Origin: Candidatus Omnitrophota bacterium
Lineage (GTDB): Bacteria > Ratteibacteria > UBA8468 > MWAK01
Direction of reading: 5' to 3'
DNA length: 31,702 nt
Assembly: GCA_043826355.1 (NCBI GenBank)
Contig: JBDRQI010000020.1
Span: 1 to 31,702 of the forward strand
A program made the translations under genes and the position numbers. Shown here one piece after another: positions 9,708-22,474 of this stretch. The notes under the pieces are model-generated. The model made no database searches. It was given only the letters and a program-made list of their open reading frames with translations, and was not told the origin of the DNA. How positions within the stretch are numbered: the first letter of the stretch is position 1; each line of letters begins with the position of its first letter.

Positions 9708-10226
9708 TTAACCCACCCAAAAAGTTCGGTCTTTCTTTAAAATCCGGCTCAAAATCTGTCGGGCCGTGGTAAGCCGGCTCTTGACCGTGCCCAGCGGTAG
9801 GGAAAGAATTTCCGCAATTTCCTGGTAAGACAATTCTTCCAGGTGACGCAAAGTAATCATAACCTGATAAATTTCCGGCAGCGACAGAATGGCTTTACGC
9901 AAAGATTCCCGGCGCTCGGCCGCCAGCATCTCCTCCAGGGGATTGTTATCTCTGGCGGAAAGGAGATTATCCGGCGGCGTTCGGATAAAAAGATTTTTTC
10001 TTTCCCGGCGCAGACGCCCATAGTAGGTATTAATTAGGATGCGGTAAAGATAGGTGTAAAGGTTGGCTCTCTTTTGGTAACGGCGTAAACTTTGGCAAGC
10101 GGCCAACATCGTCTCCTGAAGCAGGTCGCGCGCCTGCTCCGCGTTTCCGCGGCAGAAAAAAACGGCGGCGCGGTAAAGGCGGTCCTGGTACGTCAGCAGT
10201 TCCTCGGTCAAATCTTTTTCTGCCAT
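9708..10226 (-). CDS. ECF RNA polymerase sigma factor
   Basis: 172 aa; region 2 (ARDLLQET, TYLYRILIN) and region 4 (LSYQEIAEILSLPLGTVKSRL). Confidence 0.93.
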   Translation of the reverse strand: MAEKDLTEELLTYQDRLYRAAVFFCRGNAEQARDLLQETMLAACQSLRRYQKRANLYTYLYRILINTYYGRLRRERKNLFIRTPPDNLLSARDNNPLEEMLAAERRESLRKAILSLPEIYQVMITLRHLEELSYQEIAEILSLPLGTVKSRLTTARQILSRILKKDRTFWVG

Positions 10227-10238
10227 AGGGGATTACAT

Positions 10239-10244
10239 ATTATA
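10239..10244 (-). promoter_or_regulatory. -10 element TATAAT upstream of the ECF sigma gene
   Basis: TATAAT 12 nt before the ATG; no SD and no clear -35. Confidence 0.5.
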
Positions 10245-10289
10245 CCCGCATTCTCCATATGAAAACAGGAATTGGTGTCGGATTCGTAT

Positions 10290-10327
10290 AAAAAAAGGGA
10301 GGGCGTAAATGCAGCCCTCCCTTTTTT
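10290..10327. terminator. Rho-independent terminator downstream of gyrA (bidirectional shape)
   Basis: A-tract, GGGAGGGC, loop, GCCCTCCC, T-tract. Confidence 0.85.
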
Positions 10328-10350
10328 CTTAGTTTGCGTTTGTTAAAATT

Positions 10351-10460
10351 GTAGGGTTCGATTTACCGAACTCTACCAAAAGCCGCACTCTCTTCGCTTC
10401 TTCGGCGAATGACAGGGACGAGTGTCGTTCTCAAACCCGCGGGCGCGATAAATCGCGCCC

Positions 10461-10464
<4 letters not shown>
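10351..10464. repeat. GTAG-tagged REP doublet with a long internal spacer
   Basis: GTAGGGTTCGATTTACCGAACTC ... CCCGCGGGCGCGATAAATCGCGCCCCTAC. The spacer holds a TCTTCGC...GAATGAC remnant of the GTCATTCTGAG family. Confidence 0.8.
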
Positions 10465-12944
<2,480 letters not shown>

Positions 12945-12948
12945 TATT

Positions 12949-15309
<2,361 letters not shown>

Positions 15310-15432
15310 TCATGTTTTAAAAGAATTATTCCTAAAAGTATTCGCCGTATTTTCTGCGTATCTCTTCGTCCAAACAAAAAAACGCCCCGGCTGTCTTAAA
15401 AAAACACACCATCTTGTTATTATCGTTCTTTA

Positions 15433-15462
15433 ATTATACTACTTATTGCGTTTTTGTGTCAA
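15433..15462 (-). promoter_or_regulatory. Sigma-70 promoter of gyrBA
   Basis: TTGACA (15462-15457), 18 bp, TATAAT (15438-15433). Confidence 0.85.
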
Positions 15463-15489
15463 ATCGATGGGCGTGCCGAAATTAAGGGG

Positions 15490-16587
15490 TTAAACCATCC
15501 GTTTTTTGATGACTTTCTTCATAAGTTCTGGAGGTATTGCGTTCTTTATTTCTGTCTTTCCAAGTTTCACCGGTAAGACAAATCGGTTGGTACCATTAAC
15601 AGATTTCTTGTCATGTTTTAGAAATCGGATTATATCCGCCGATTTACAACCGGAAATCTTAACCGGCAGGCCGATTTTAGATAACAATATTTCTATTCTT
15701 TCTGCTTCCGGACGACTGAAAATTCCGATTTCACAGGCAAGATCGTTAGCGCATACCATACCGATTGACACGGACTCTCCATGACTGTATTTAAATCCGG
15801 CCGCCGATTCAACCGCGTGACCGATCGTATGGCCATAATTTAAGACCATCCGGATTCCCTTGGTGTCTTTTTCGTCTTGTTCGACTATATCGGCCTTTAA
15901 ACGATATGATTTTTCCACAATCGGCTCAATCACATCAAGGTTTATTGCCAGGATATCCTTTACGTTTTCCTCAAGATACCCCAAAAGAACCGGGTCTGCG
16001 ATTACGCCATATTTAACTACTTCCGCCAGGCCCGACCTTATCTCCCTGAGATTTAAAGTTTTTAACAAATTCAGGTCTACGAAAACCAATTTCGGCTGGT
16101 GAAAACTCCCGACCTTGTTTTTTATGTTATGAAAATCTATGCCTACCTTCCCGCCTATTCCGGAATCAACGTTGGCTAAAAGCGTCGTGGGAATTTGAAC
16201 ATAGTTGACCCCCCGATTAAAGGTTGCGGCTACAAACCCTCCGACGTCGCCCGGCACCCCCCCGCCCAGGTTTACCACCAATATGTGCTTATTCAAACCT
16301 CCGTCAAATTTTGCGAGCCGGGTCATCAGTTCAATGTAGGTTTTTATATTTTTATTTTTTTCGCCGCCGGGAAATTCTGCCAGACCAACATCGTGAAAAC
16401 CCGCTTTTGCGAAAATACCGACCAATCTTTTGGCGTACAATCCGCCCACTTTTGAGTCGGTTATGATAAAAACGCTTTCACCGATATCCATGGCTTTTAA
16501 CCGAGTCCCGATGGTGCCAAGGTTGTCGCGTCCAATTAAAATGTCATAAGCCCTGTTTTTATCTAAGTTAATGCTGGTTGTTTTCAT
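15490..16587 (-). CDS. aroB: 3-dehydroquinate synthase
   Basis: GGGVPGD..GF.AAT..RG, PTTLLA.VDS..GGK, LNYGHTIGHAVE, HGE.V and HDKK. Confidence 0.93.
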   Translation of the reverse strand: MKTTSINLDKNRAYDILIGRDNLGTIGTRLKAMDIGESVFIITDSKVGGLYAKRLVGIFAKAGFHDVGLAEFPGGEKNKNIKTYIELMTRLAKFDGGLNKHILVVNLGGGVPGDVGGFVAATFNRGVNYVQIPTTLLANVDSGIGGKVGIDFHNIKNKVGSFHQPKLVFVDLNLLKTLNLREIRSGLAEVVKYGVIADPVLLGYLEENVKDILAINLDVIEPIVEKSYRLKADIVEQDEKDTKGIRMVLNYGHTIGHAVESAAGFKYSHGESVSIGMVCANDLACEIGIFSRPEAERIEILLSKIGLPVKISGCKSADIIRFLKHDKKSVNGTNRFVLPVKLGKTEIKNAIPPELMKKVIKKRMV

Positions 16588-16629
16588 GTTAATATTCTTC
16601 CCATTTTACATCGGTAATCCGCTTGGATT

Positions 16630-16638
16630 ATTATATCA
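16630..16638 (-). promoter_or_regulatory. Extended -10 promoter (TGnTATAAT) upstream of aroB
   Basis: Minus strand reads TGATATAAT, about 43 nt upstream of the ATG. Confidence 0.6.
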
Positions 16639-16673
16639 TATTCAATCCAAAATTGACTCTTTTGTTTTGGTGG

Positions 16674-16731
16674 CGCAGGCTAAAGCCTGCGGCTACCTGC
16701 ATCGGGAGGGGGGGCAAAGCCCCTCCCCTAC
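16674..16731 (-). repeat. Two GTAG-tagged REP singlets of different families
   Basis: Minus strand: GTAGGGGAGGGGCTTTGCCCCCCCTCCCGA (16731-16702) and GTAGCCGCAGGCTTTAGCCTGCG (16696-16674). Confidence 0.85.
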
Positions 16732-16743
16732 ATTTTCTCCGGG

Positions 16744-17799
16744 TCAGGCCGCGCCGGAATTGGTGATTTCCCTCAATCCGTCACCCAACAGGTTATAGGC
16801 CAGAACCGTAACAAAAATAAGCAGACCCGGAATCAGCATCCAGCCGTGATAGAGAATTACCTCCAAACTCCCCATCGCAGAAGAAAGGATGTTACCCCAA
16901 CTCGCCTGCGGTTCCTGGATTCCCAGACCCAGGAGAGAGAGTGCGGACTCGCCCAGGATGTAACCGGGCACCGAAAGGGTAACGGCGGTAATGGTGTAGG
17001 AAAAAGTCTGGGGAATAATGTGGCGCCAGATAATGCGCTGGTCGGAAAAACCCAGGGCGCGCGCCGCCAGGATAAAGTCCTCCTCGCGGATGGAGAGGAC
17101 CATGCCCCGCACCACCCGCGCCAGACCGGCCCAGCCGATCAGAGAAAGAATCACGACCACCATCAGGTAAATCTGAAAAGAAGAAAGGGTTGCCGGGAAA
17201 ACCGCCCGGAGCGCCAGAATCAGAAAAAAACCGGGAAAGGACATCAGGAGCTCTGAAAGGCGCATCAGCAGGTTGTCAACCTTTCCGCCGTAGTAACCGG
17301 CCATCCCTCCGAAAAAAAGCCCCAGCAGAAATGAAATACTCACTCCCACCAGGCCGATGGAAAGTGAAACCCGGCTCCCGAAAAGCAGGCGGCTCAACAG
17401 GTCCCGTCCGAACTGGTCGCTGCCCAGAAGATAGACCCGCGCCGGCGCCTCGCAGCCGAAAAAATAACGGTCAAACGGGATAAACCCGAAGACCTTCCGG
17501 GGTTTGCCTTTCACCCAGAAATGGATGTAGTAAGGCCTGGTGGTGTCCCTCCGGTATGAGAACGATTCACCGGACGGAGGCGCGTAGTTGTAAACAAAGG
17601 GCCGGATGTGCCATTTGCCGTTTACTTCCCGGAAACTTATTTGGGTCGGCGGACAGAAGAGCTTGGAACGTTCCTGCTGGTCATAAGGGTAAGGAGCCAG
17701 AAAATCGGCGAACAATCCAGCCGCGTAAAGAACCAGGAGCACCCAGAGGCTTAAGTAAGCGACGGGCCGTTCCGAGCGCAACCGGCGAAGTAGTTCCAT
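16744..17799 (-). CDS. ABC transporter permease, OppC/DppC type
   Basis: LGSDQFGRDLLSRLLFGSRVSL, ARVVRG, EAA-loop EDFILAARALG, HIIPQ, ESALSLLGLG and GDGLRE. Confidence 0.93.
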   Translation of the reverse strand: MELLRRLRSERPVAYLSLWVLLVLYAAGLFADFLAPYPYDQQERSKLFCPPTQISFREVNGKWHIRPFVYNYAPPSGESFSYRRDTTRPYYIHFWVKGKPRKVFGFIPFDRYFFGCEAPARVYLLGSDQFGRDLLSRLLFGSRVSLSIGLVGVSISFLLGLFFGGMAGYYGGKVDNLLMRLSELLMSFPGFFLILALRAVFPATLSSFQIYLMVVVILSLIGWAGLARVVRGMVLSIREEDFILAARALGFSDQRIIWRHIIPQTFSYTITAVTLSVPGYILGESALSLLGLGIQEPQASWGNILSSAMGSLEVILYHGWMLIPGLLIFVTVLAYNLLGDGLREITNSGAA

Positions 17800-17825
17800 T
17801 ACTGTGGTTTATGCGAAAACACGAT

Positions 17826-17900
17826 GTCATTCCCGCGTGTGGTAGGCGGGAATCTACACCTCAAAAGATTGGATTCCCGACTTAAACATTCGGGAATGAC
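17826..17900. repeat. GTCATTCCCG-family inverted doublet
   Basis: GTCATTCCCGCGTGTGGTAGGCGGGAATCT ... GGATTCCCGACTTAAACATTCGGGAATGAC. Confidence 0.92.
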
Positions 17901-17906
17901 AAATTT

Positions 17907-19187
17907 TTACAATTTTACTATCTCCCGTATCCCTTCCTGACTTTCTTTCGGGCCGATTAGGGCCAGGTTAAGGTTATTTCCAATTAAAATTTCTTGGGCA
18001 ACCGTCTTTATTTCTTCGGCAGTAACAGCGGATATTTTGGCGATAATTTCTTCCGGAGTTTCAATACGGCGCCGGGTAATTAACTGGCCGGCCAGAAATC
18101 TCATATATTCGGAGGTACCCTCCAGGCCAAGCTGCATCTGGCCGATGACAAAGTCCCGGGCGCGGGTCAACTCCTCAACCGGCACCGGTTCTTCTTTTAT
18201 CCGCGCCAGTTCGGAAAAAATTACCTTAAGCGCTTCCTTCAGGGTTGCGGCGGAAGTGCCGGCTTCAACTCCAAAAATTCCGGCATCCGCGTAAGAAGAC
18301 GCTCCGGCCGAAATCTGGTAAGCCAGACCGCGTTTCTCGCGTACCTCGGCAAAAAGACGGCTGCTCATATTTCCGCCCAGAATTACGGTCAGAAGGGAAA
18401 GCGGCCAGCGCTTTTCATCATCAACGGAAACACCGCGTCCGCCCAGGCATAAGTGGACCTGTTCAGTATCTTTGGCCAGAAACGAAAAACTCGGACCCGG
18501 CTCTTTCTCCATTGCCGGTAGAAAACCCGGGCCTTCGCCTCCGGCAACCGGCTCCAGGAAGTCCTCTGCCTCTTTCCGGGCTTGTTCCGAATGAAAATCC
18601 CCGGCAATGCTCACCACCATGGAGTTCCCCTGGTAAAAACGTTGCCAGTAGTTAAAAATCCCCTCGCGTGTCAACCCCCTTACCGTTTCTGAGGTACCCG
18701 CGATGAACCGGCCCAGCGGGTGGCCGGGAAAGACCAGTTCGTTGAAAATCTCCTGGACATGGGCGGCCGGAATATCAAGGTACATCTTGATCTCTTCCAG
18801 GATGACGTTTCGCTCCTTCTCAATCTCCTCTTCCACCAGACTGGGCCCGACAACCATATCCGAAAGAACATCCAGGGATAAAGAAAGGTGCTTGGAAAGC
18901 GGCATCTTGATGTAATAACATGTTGCCTCTTCGGAGGTAAATGCATTAAAAAGGCCTCCGACGCCTTCCACCATGCGCTTTAACTCCTCACAGGTCCGCT
19001 TCCTGGTCCCTTTAAAGAGCAGGTGTTCCAAAAAATGCGCGGAACCGTTTTCCGAGTGTTTCTCGTAACGGCTGCCGGTCCGCACCCAGATACCGGTGGT
19101 TACGGAACTGTACCCGGGCATCGGTTTCAGGATAAGTTCAATTCCATTTTTCAATTTTATGATTTCCATAGTTTTCGTTGGTGCCAT
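17907..19187 (-). CDS. M16 family zinc peptidase (pitrilysin / processing-peptidase-like)
   Basis: GSRYE, HFLEH (inverted HXXEH), NAFTS.E.T and SSRLFAEVREKRGLAY. The start could instead be the second Met at 19169. Confidence 0.93.
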   Translation of the reverse strand: MAPTKTMEIIKLKNGIELILKPMPGYSSVTTGIWVRTGSRYEKHSENGSAHFLEHLLFKGTRKRTCEELKRMVEGVGGLFNAFTSEEATCYYIKMPLSKHLSLSLDVLSDMVVGPSLVEEEIEKERNVILEEIKMYLDIPAAHVQEIFNELVFPGHPLGRFIAGTSETVRGLTREGIFNYWQRFYQGNSMVVSIAGDFHSEQARKEAEDFLEPVAGGEGPGFLPAMEKEPGPSFSFLAKDTEQVHLCLGGRGVSVDDEKRWPLSLLTVILGGNMSSRLFAEVREKRGLAYQISAGASSYADAGIFGVEAGTSAATLKEALKVIFSELARIKEEPVPVEELTRARDFVIGQMQLGLEGTSEYMRFLAGQLITRRRIETPEEIIAKISAVTAEEIKTVAQEILIGNNLNLALIGPKESQEGIREIVKL

Positions 19188-19207
19188 TTTCGCATGAGAA
19201 AAAATGT

Positions 19208-19282
19208 GTCATTCCCGAATGCTTAGATCGGGAATTCAAACCATAAAATACGAGATCCCCATTTTCTACATACGGGGATGAC
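19208..19282. repeat. GTCATTCCCG-family inverted doublet (degenerate right arm)
   Basis: GTCATTCCCGAATGCTTAGATCGGGAATTC ... AGATCCCCATTTTCTACATACGGGGATGAC. Confidence 0.85.
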
Positions 19283-19290
19283 AAAAAAGA

Positions 19291-19313
19291 GGCGGGCGGG
19301 ACGCCTGCCCTAC
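19291..19313 (-). repeat. GTAG-tagged REP singlet overlapping the pyrF stop codon
   Basis: Minus strand GTAGGGCAGGCGTCCCGCCCGCC, a hairpin GGCAGGCG/CGCCCGCC; related to 27002-27054. Confidence 0.7.
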
Positions 19314-20077
19314 TTTAACAAATCCAAACATGCTTTTTTCGGGTCGGGCGCCCGGGTAACCGGCCTGCCGACTACGATGTAATCACAACCAGCGTTAAAG
19401 GCCTCTTTAGCGGAAAGAGTGCGTTTCTGGTCGTCATTACCTCCACACCTTACCCTATCCGCATTTGTAGGGGCTCGATTTATCGAGCCCGCGGGCGCCA
19501 TAAATGGCGCCCCTACATTATAAGAGCGTATTCCCGGAGAAACCACCAAAAAGTCCCGGCCGAAACGTTCTTTAATTACAGCCGCATCCCGTGCCGAAGC
19601 CACCACTCCGTCCAGACCGGCTTCTTTTGCCCTTTCCGTCAAACGCACGACTAATTCCGGCACCGTGTAATTCAAACCAAGATCCTGCCACTCGGTTCCG
19701 CTGCTGCTGGTAAGGATGGCGACACCCAGAATTTTAGGCGCCGTCCGGTTCCTCCGCGCCGCTTCCTCATGCGCCGCTTCCTTTGCAGCAACCAGCGCTT
19801 CCCGCCCGGCCAGGAGATGCAGGTTGAAAATGTCAACACCCAGCGAAACAGCCGCCCGGCCGGCTTTCGCCACCGTGCTGGGAATATCAAAAAATTTCAG
19901 GTCCAGGAAAACCTTCAACCACTTTGCCTTCAGGTCCCGGACGATTTCCGGGCCAACTGAAGTGTAAAGCTCCAGACCGACCTTGTAAAAAGAGATTATG
20001 CCGGACAGTTTTTCAACTAATCCCAGAGCGTCTTCCCGGTTGCGATAATCCAGCGCGATGATAATTTTGTCCGTCAT
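19310..20077 (-). CDS. pyrF: Orotidine-5'-phosphate decarboxylase with an in-frame repeat insertion
   Basis: IIIALD, YKVGLEL, FLDLKFFDIPSTV, PGIR, DQKR and VVGRPVT; unusually long segment between PGIR and DQ. Confidence 0.95.
   Translation of the reverse strand: MTDKIIIALDYRNREDALGLVEKLSGIISFYKVGLELYTSVGPEIVRDLKAKWLKVFLDLKFFDIPSTVAKAGRAAVSLGVDIFNLHLLAGREALVAAKEAAHEEAARRNRTAPKILGVAILTSSSGTEWQDLGLNYTVPELVVRLTERAKEAGLDGVVASARDAAVIKERFGRDFLVVSPGIRSYNVGAPFMAPAGSINRAPTNADRVRCGGNDDQKRTLSAKEAFNAGCDYIVVGRPVTRAPDPKKACLDLLK
19466..19516. repeat. GTAG REP doublet inside the pyrF coding sequence
   Basis: GTAGGGGCTCGATTTATCGAGCCC-GC-GGGCGCCATAAATGGCGCCCCTAC; same architecture as the intergenic copy at 29192-29241. 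Confidence 0.92.
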
Positions 20078-21141
20078 ATCCTTTCCTTTTTTTCCAGTAT
20101 CGTAAGCACCCCCAGAAAGAGCAGCGCCTGGAAGAGAAGAACCAGTCCTCCGGTGAGCGGAACTTTTTCCAGGACCAGCGCCGGCAAACCCAGCCCCAGC
20201 GCCAACAGGTAGATAATCACCACCGATTCCCGTTTCGTGAGGCCAAATTTCAAAAGACGGTGTGAAAAATGGTCCTTGCCCGGGGTAAATATTGAACGGC
20301 CCTCCCGGAATCGGATAACTATTACCGAAAGTGTGTCAAAGAGCGGAATGGCCAGTACGAAAATCGGCGCCAGCACCGGCAGATAGGACGGCGCTTTCTG
20401 ATAATAAAAAGTGGCGGTTACGGAAATAACCGCCAGGAAATAGCCGATAAAGGTGCTGCCGGCTTCGCCCAAAAATATCTTTGCCGGCGGAAAATTATAA
20501 CGCAGAAACCCGAGGACCGCTCCGGCGAAGACCGCTAACAACGTTGCGATAAAGAGCGCTCCGTTGCTAATCGCATAAAGAAAGAAGAGAACGGTGGAAA
20601 TCAGGCCGGCGCCGGCCGCCAGACCATCCATATTGTCCAACAGGTTAAAACTGTTGGTAATCAACAGAAACCAGCCCATAGTCAAAACCAGGGAAAATAA
20701 AAGATTTGGTACAAAGAGCGAAATTCTCATCCCCCAGAAAAAAAGCAACAGAGCGATTAACCCCTGCCCCAACAACTTCCACCGGGCCTTGAGTCCGACC
20801 AGGTCGTCAACCAGGCCCAGGAGAAAGATGAGCACGCCTCCGGCAACGATGATTAAAAGTCTGGGCAGAGTATTAAAAGCGCCGGGCAAATTTTCAATAA
20901 TTCCCTGCGGCAGCAGCGGCCGGAAGAAAGCGACAAAGACAAAACCGAACAGGATGGTGACCAAAAAAGCAAAGAGAAGCCCGGCGCCGCCCAAAAGTGG
21001 GGTAGGAACCTGATGGACCTTACGCGCCGCCGGATAATCCACTATCCCGTTGGCCAGGGCGACCTTTCGGAAGAGCGGAGTCAGGAGCAGGGAAAGGATC
21101 AGGCTGAGCAGAAATGCAGCAAGATAAACAAAATTCCACAT
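20074..21141 (-). CDS. MraY/WecA/TagO-like polyprenyl-phosphate sugar-1-phosphate transferase (glycosyltransferase family 4)
   Basis: Polytopic membrane protein; RKVH..PTPLLGG, GLVDD, NSFNLLDNMDGLA, NFPPAKIFLGEAGS and DHFSHRL. Confidence 0.92.
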   Translation of the reverse strand: MWNFVYLAAFLLSLILSLLLTPLFRKVALANGIVDYPAARKVHQVPTPLLGGAGLLFAFLVTILFGFVFVAFFRPLLPQGIIENLPGAFNTLPRLLIIVAGGVLIFLLGLVDDLVGLKARWKLLGQGLIALLLFFWGMRISLFVPNLLFSLVLTMGWFLLITNSFNLLDNMDGLAAGAGLISTVLFFLYAISNGALFIATLLAVFAGAVLGFLRYNFPPAKIFLGEAGSTFIGYFLAVISVTATFYYQKAPSYLPVLAPIFVLAIPLFDTLSVIVIRFREGRSIFTPGKDHFSHRLLKFGLTKRESVVIIYLLALGLGLPALVLEKVPLTGGLVLLFQALLFLGVLTILEKKERI

Positions 21142-21150
21142 ATTGCTTGC

Positions 21151-21306
21151 GTTCCCGCATGTAGTAAGCGGGAATCCATTAAAAACACTGTCATTCCCGC
21201 ATGCTTTGTCCCGCCGGAGACGGATAGTAAACGGAAATCCACACCCCCGCCTAAAACATGCGGGGCAAACTTACAGATTAGATTCCCGACTGGAACATTC
21301 GGGACA
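21151..21306. repeat. Cluster of GTCATTCCCG-family units with nested mini-hairpins
   Basis: Units at 21151-21177, 21190-21240 (21-nt insert at 21204-21224) and 21281-21305, plus CCCCGCCTAAAACATGCGGGG near 21245-21265. Confidence 0.85.
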
Positions 21307-21315
21307 AACGTTTTA

Positions 21316-21678
21316 TTATTTTATATTTACCGGCGCTGTCTGCTGACTCATAAAATCCCGGATGAGTTCAACAATATGGTGTACCAAACCACCAACCAGG
21401 GGCAACCCTTCCATCCAGCGCAGGACGATGAAAAAAAAGGCAACCAAAAGCGCGCCCAGAACCGTCATCCCGAAGACGATGCCCAGACCCCGCACCACCC
21501 CCAGCATGAAGTTCTGCCACATGAACTTCCTGGGGCTCTTCATCATCTGGAGGAGTTCCTGCGTGTCGGAAGTGAGGGCTTTCCGCAACTGTTGAACAAC
21601 CGTATCCACCTGGTGCGGCAGCAAAAACTCGATCTCCTCTTTCTTTTCCTCTTCTGTCTTGCGCTCAGTTTCGCCCAT
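21316..21678 (-). CDS. Small membrane protein (DUF5665-like)
   Basis: SPRKFMWQNFMLGVVRGLGIVFGMTVLG ... LPLVG pattern with a TM segment. Confidence 0.75.
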   Translation of the reverse strand: MGETERKTEEEKKEEIEFLLPHQVDTVVQQLRKALTSDTQELLQMMKSPRKFMWQNFMLGVVRGLGIVFGMTVLGALLVAFFFIVLRWMEGLPLVGGLVHHIVELIRDFMSQQTAPVNIK

Positions 21679-21689
21679 AAAGTATCGAT

Positions 21690-21767
21690 GTCATTCCCGA
21701 ATGTTTCAATCGGGAATCTACAACATATATTGAATTTGGATTCCCGCTTAATACGCGTGGGAATGAT
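21690..21767. repeat. GTCATTCCCG-family inverted doublet
   Basis: GTCATTCCCGAATGTTTCAATCGGGAATCT ... GGATTCCCGCTTAATACGCGTGGGAATGAT. Confidence 0.9.
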
Positions 21768-21768
21768 A

Positions 21769-22359
21769 TTACAACTCCCCTTTAGTAGAAGGGACCTTCC
21801 CCTTTAGGCGCGGCTCCGGGGAAACCGCCTCTTTCAACGCCCGGCCCAGACTTTTAAAAAGCGCCTCCAGAATATGGTGCTGATTCCGGCCGCGGCGGGT
21901 TTCAGCGTGCAGAGTAATACCCGAACTTTTTACAAAAGCGTTCAGGAATTCCCGGGCGTCGCTGAATTCGAAATACCCTTTATTCCGGGGTAAACTGGGC
22001 AATTCCAGGAAAAGATAGGGCCGGCCGGAGATATCTGCGGTGGTCTCCACCAGCGCCTCATCCATCGGCACGGCGGCAAAACCAAACCGCCTGATGTTTT
22101 TCTTATCGGATAACGCTTTTGCCAGCGCCTGGCCCAGGACCAGGCCCAGGTCTTCGGTAAGGTGGTGCCGGTCTACCTCCAGGTCACCCTTGGCCCGGAC
22201 ATTCAGGTCCATCAGGCCGTGCTGGGTAAAAGCGGTAATCAGGTGCGCCAGGAAACCAATCGGGATTTCAATATCCGCAGCTCCGGAACCGTCAAGGTTA
22301 AGCGCAACGGAAATTTCCGTCTCTTTCGTCTTCCGGTAAACTTCTGCTTTTCTTTTCAT
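21769..22359 (-). CDS. hisB: Imidazoleglycerol-phosphate dehydratase
   Basis: RKTKETEI, GDLEVDRHHLTEDLG, PMDEAL, DISGRP, NQHHILEALFK and PSTKG. Confidence 0.96.
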   Translation of the reverse strand: MKRKAEVYRKTKETEISVALNLDGSGAADIEIPIGFLAHLITAFTQHGLMDLNVRAKGDLEVDRHHLTEDLGLVLGQALAKALSDKKNIRRFGFAAVPMDEALVETTADISGRPYLFLELPSLPRNKGYFEFSDAREFLNAFVKSSGITLHAETRRGRNQHHILEALFKSLGRALKEAVSPEPRLKGKVPSTKGEL

Positions 22360-22370
22360 GGGTTCGATAC

Positions 22371-22469
22371 GTCATTCCCGAATGCTTTAATCGGGAATCC
22401 CCGCTTAAAACTTGCGGGGGCGACGTCTGCTTGCGGTTTGGATTCCCGCTTACCACACGCGGGAATGAC
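22371..22469. repeat. 99-bp composite GTCATTCCCG element
   Basis: Two inverted arms flank an internal CCCCGCTTAAAACTTGCGGGG hairpin and a CGACGTCTGCTTGCGGT spacer; inverted near-copy at 30617-30742. Confidence 0.92.
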
Positions 22470-22474
22470 ATTTA

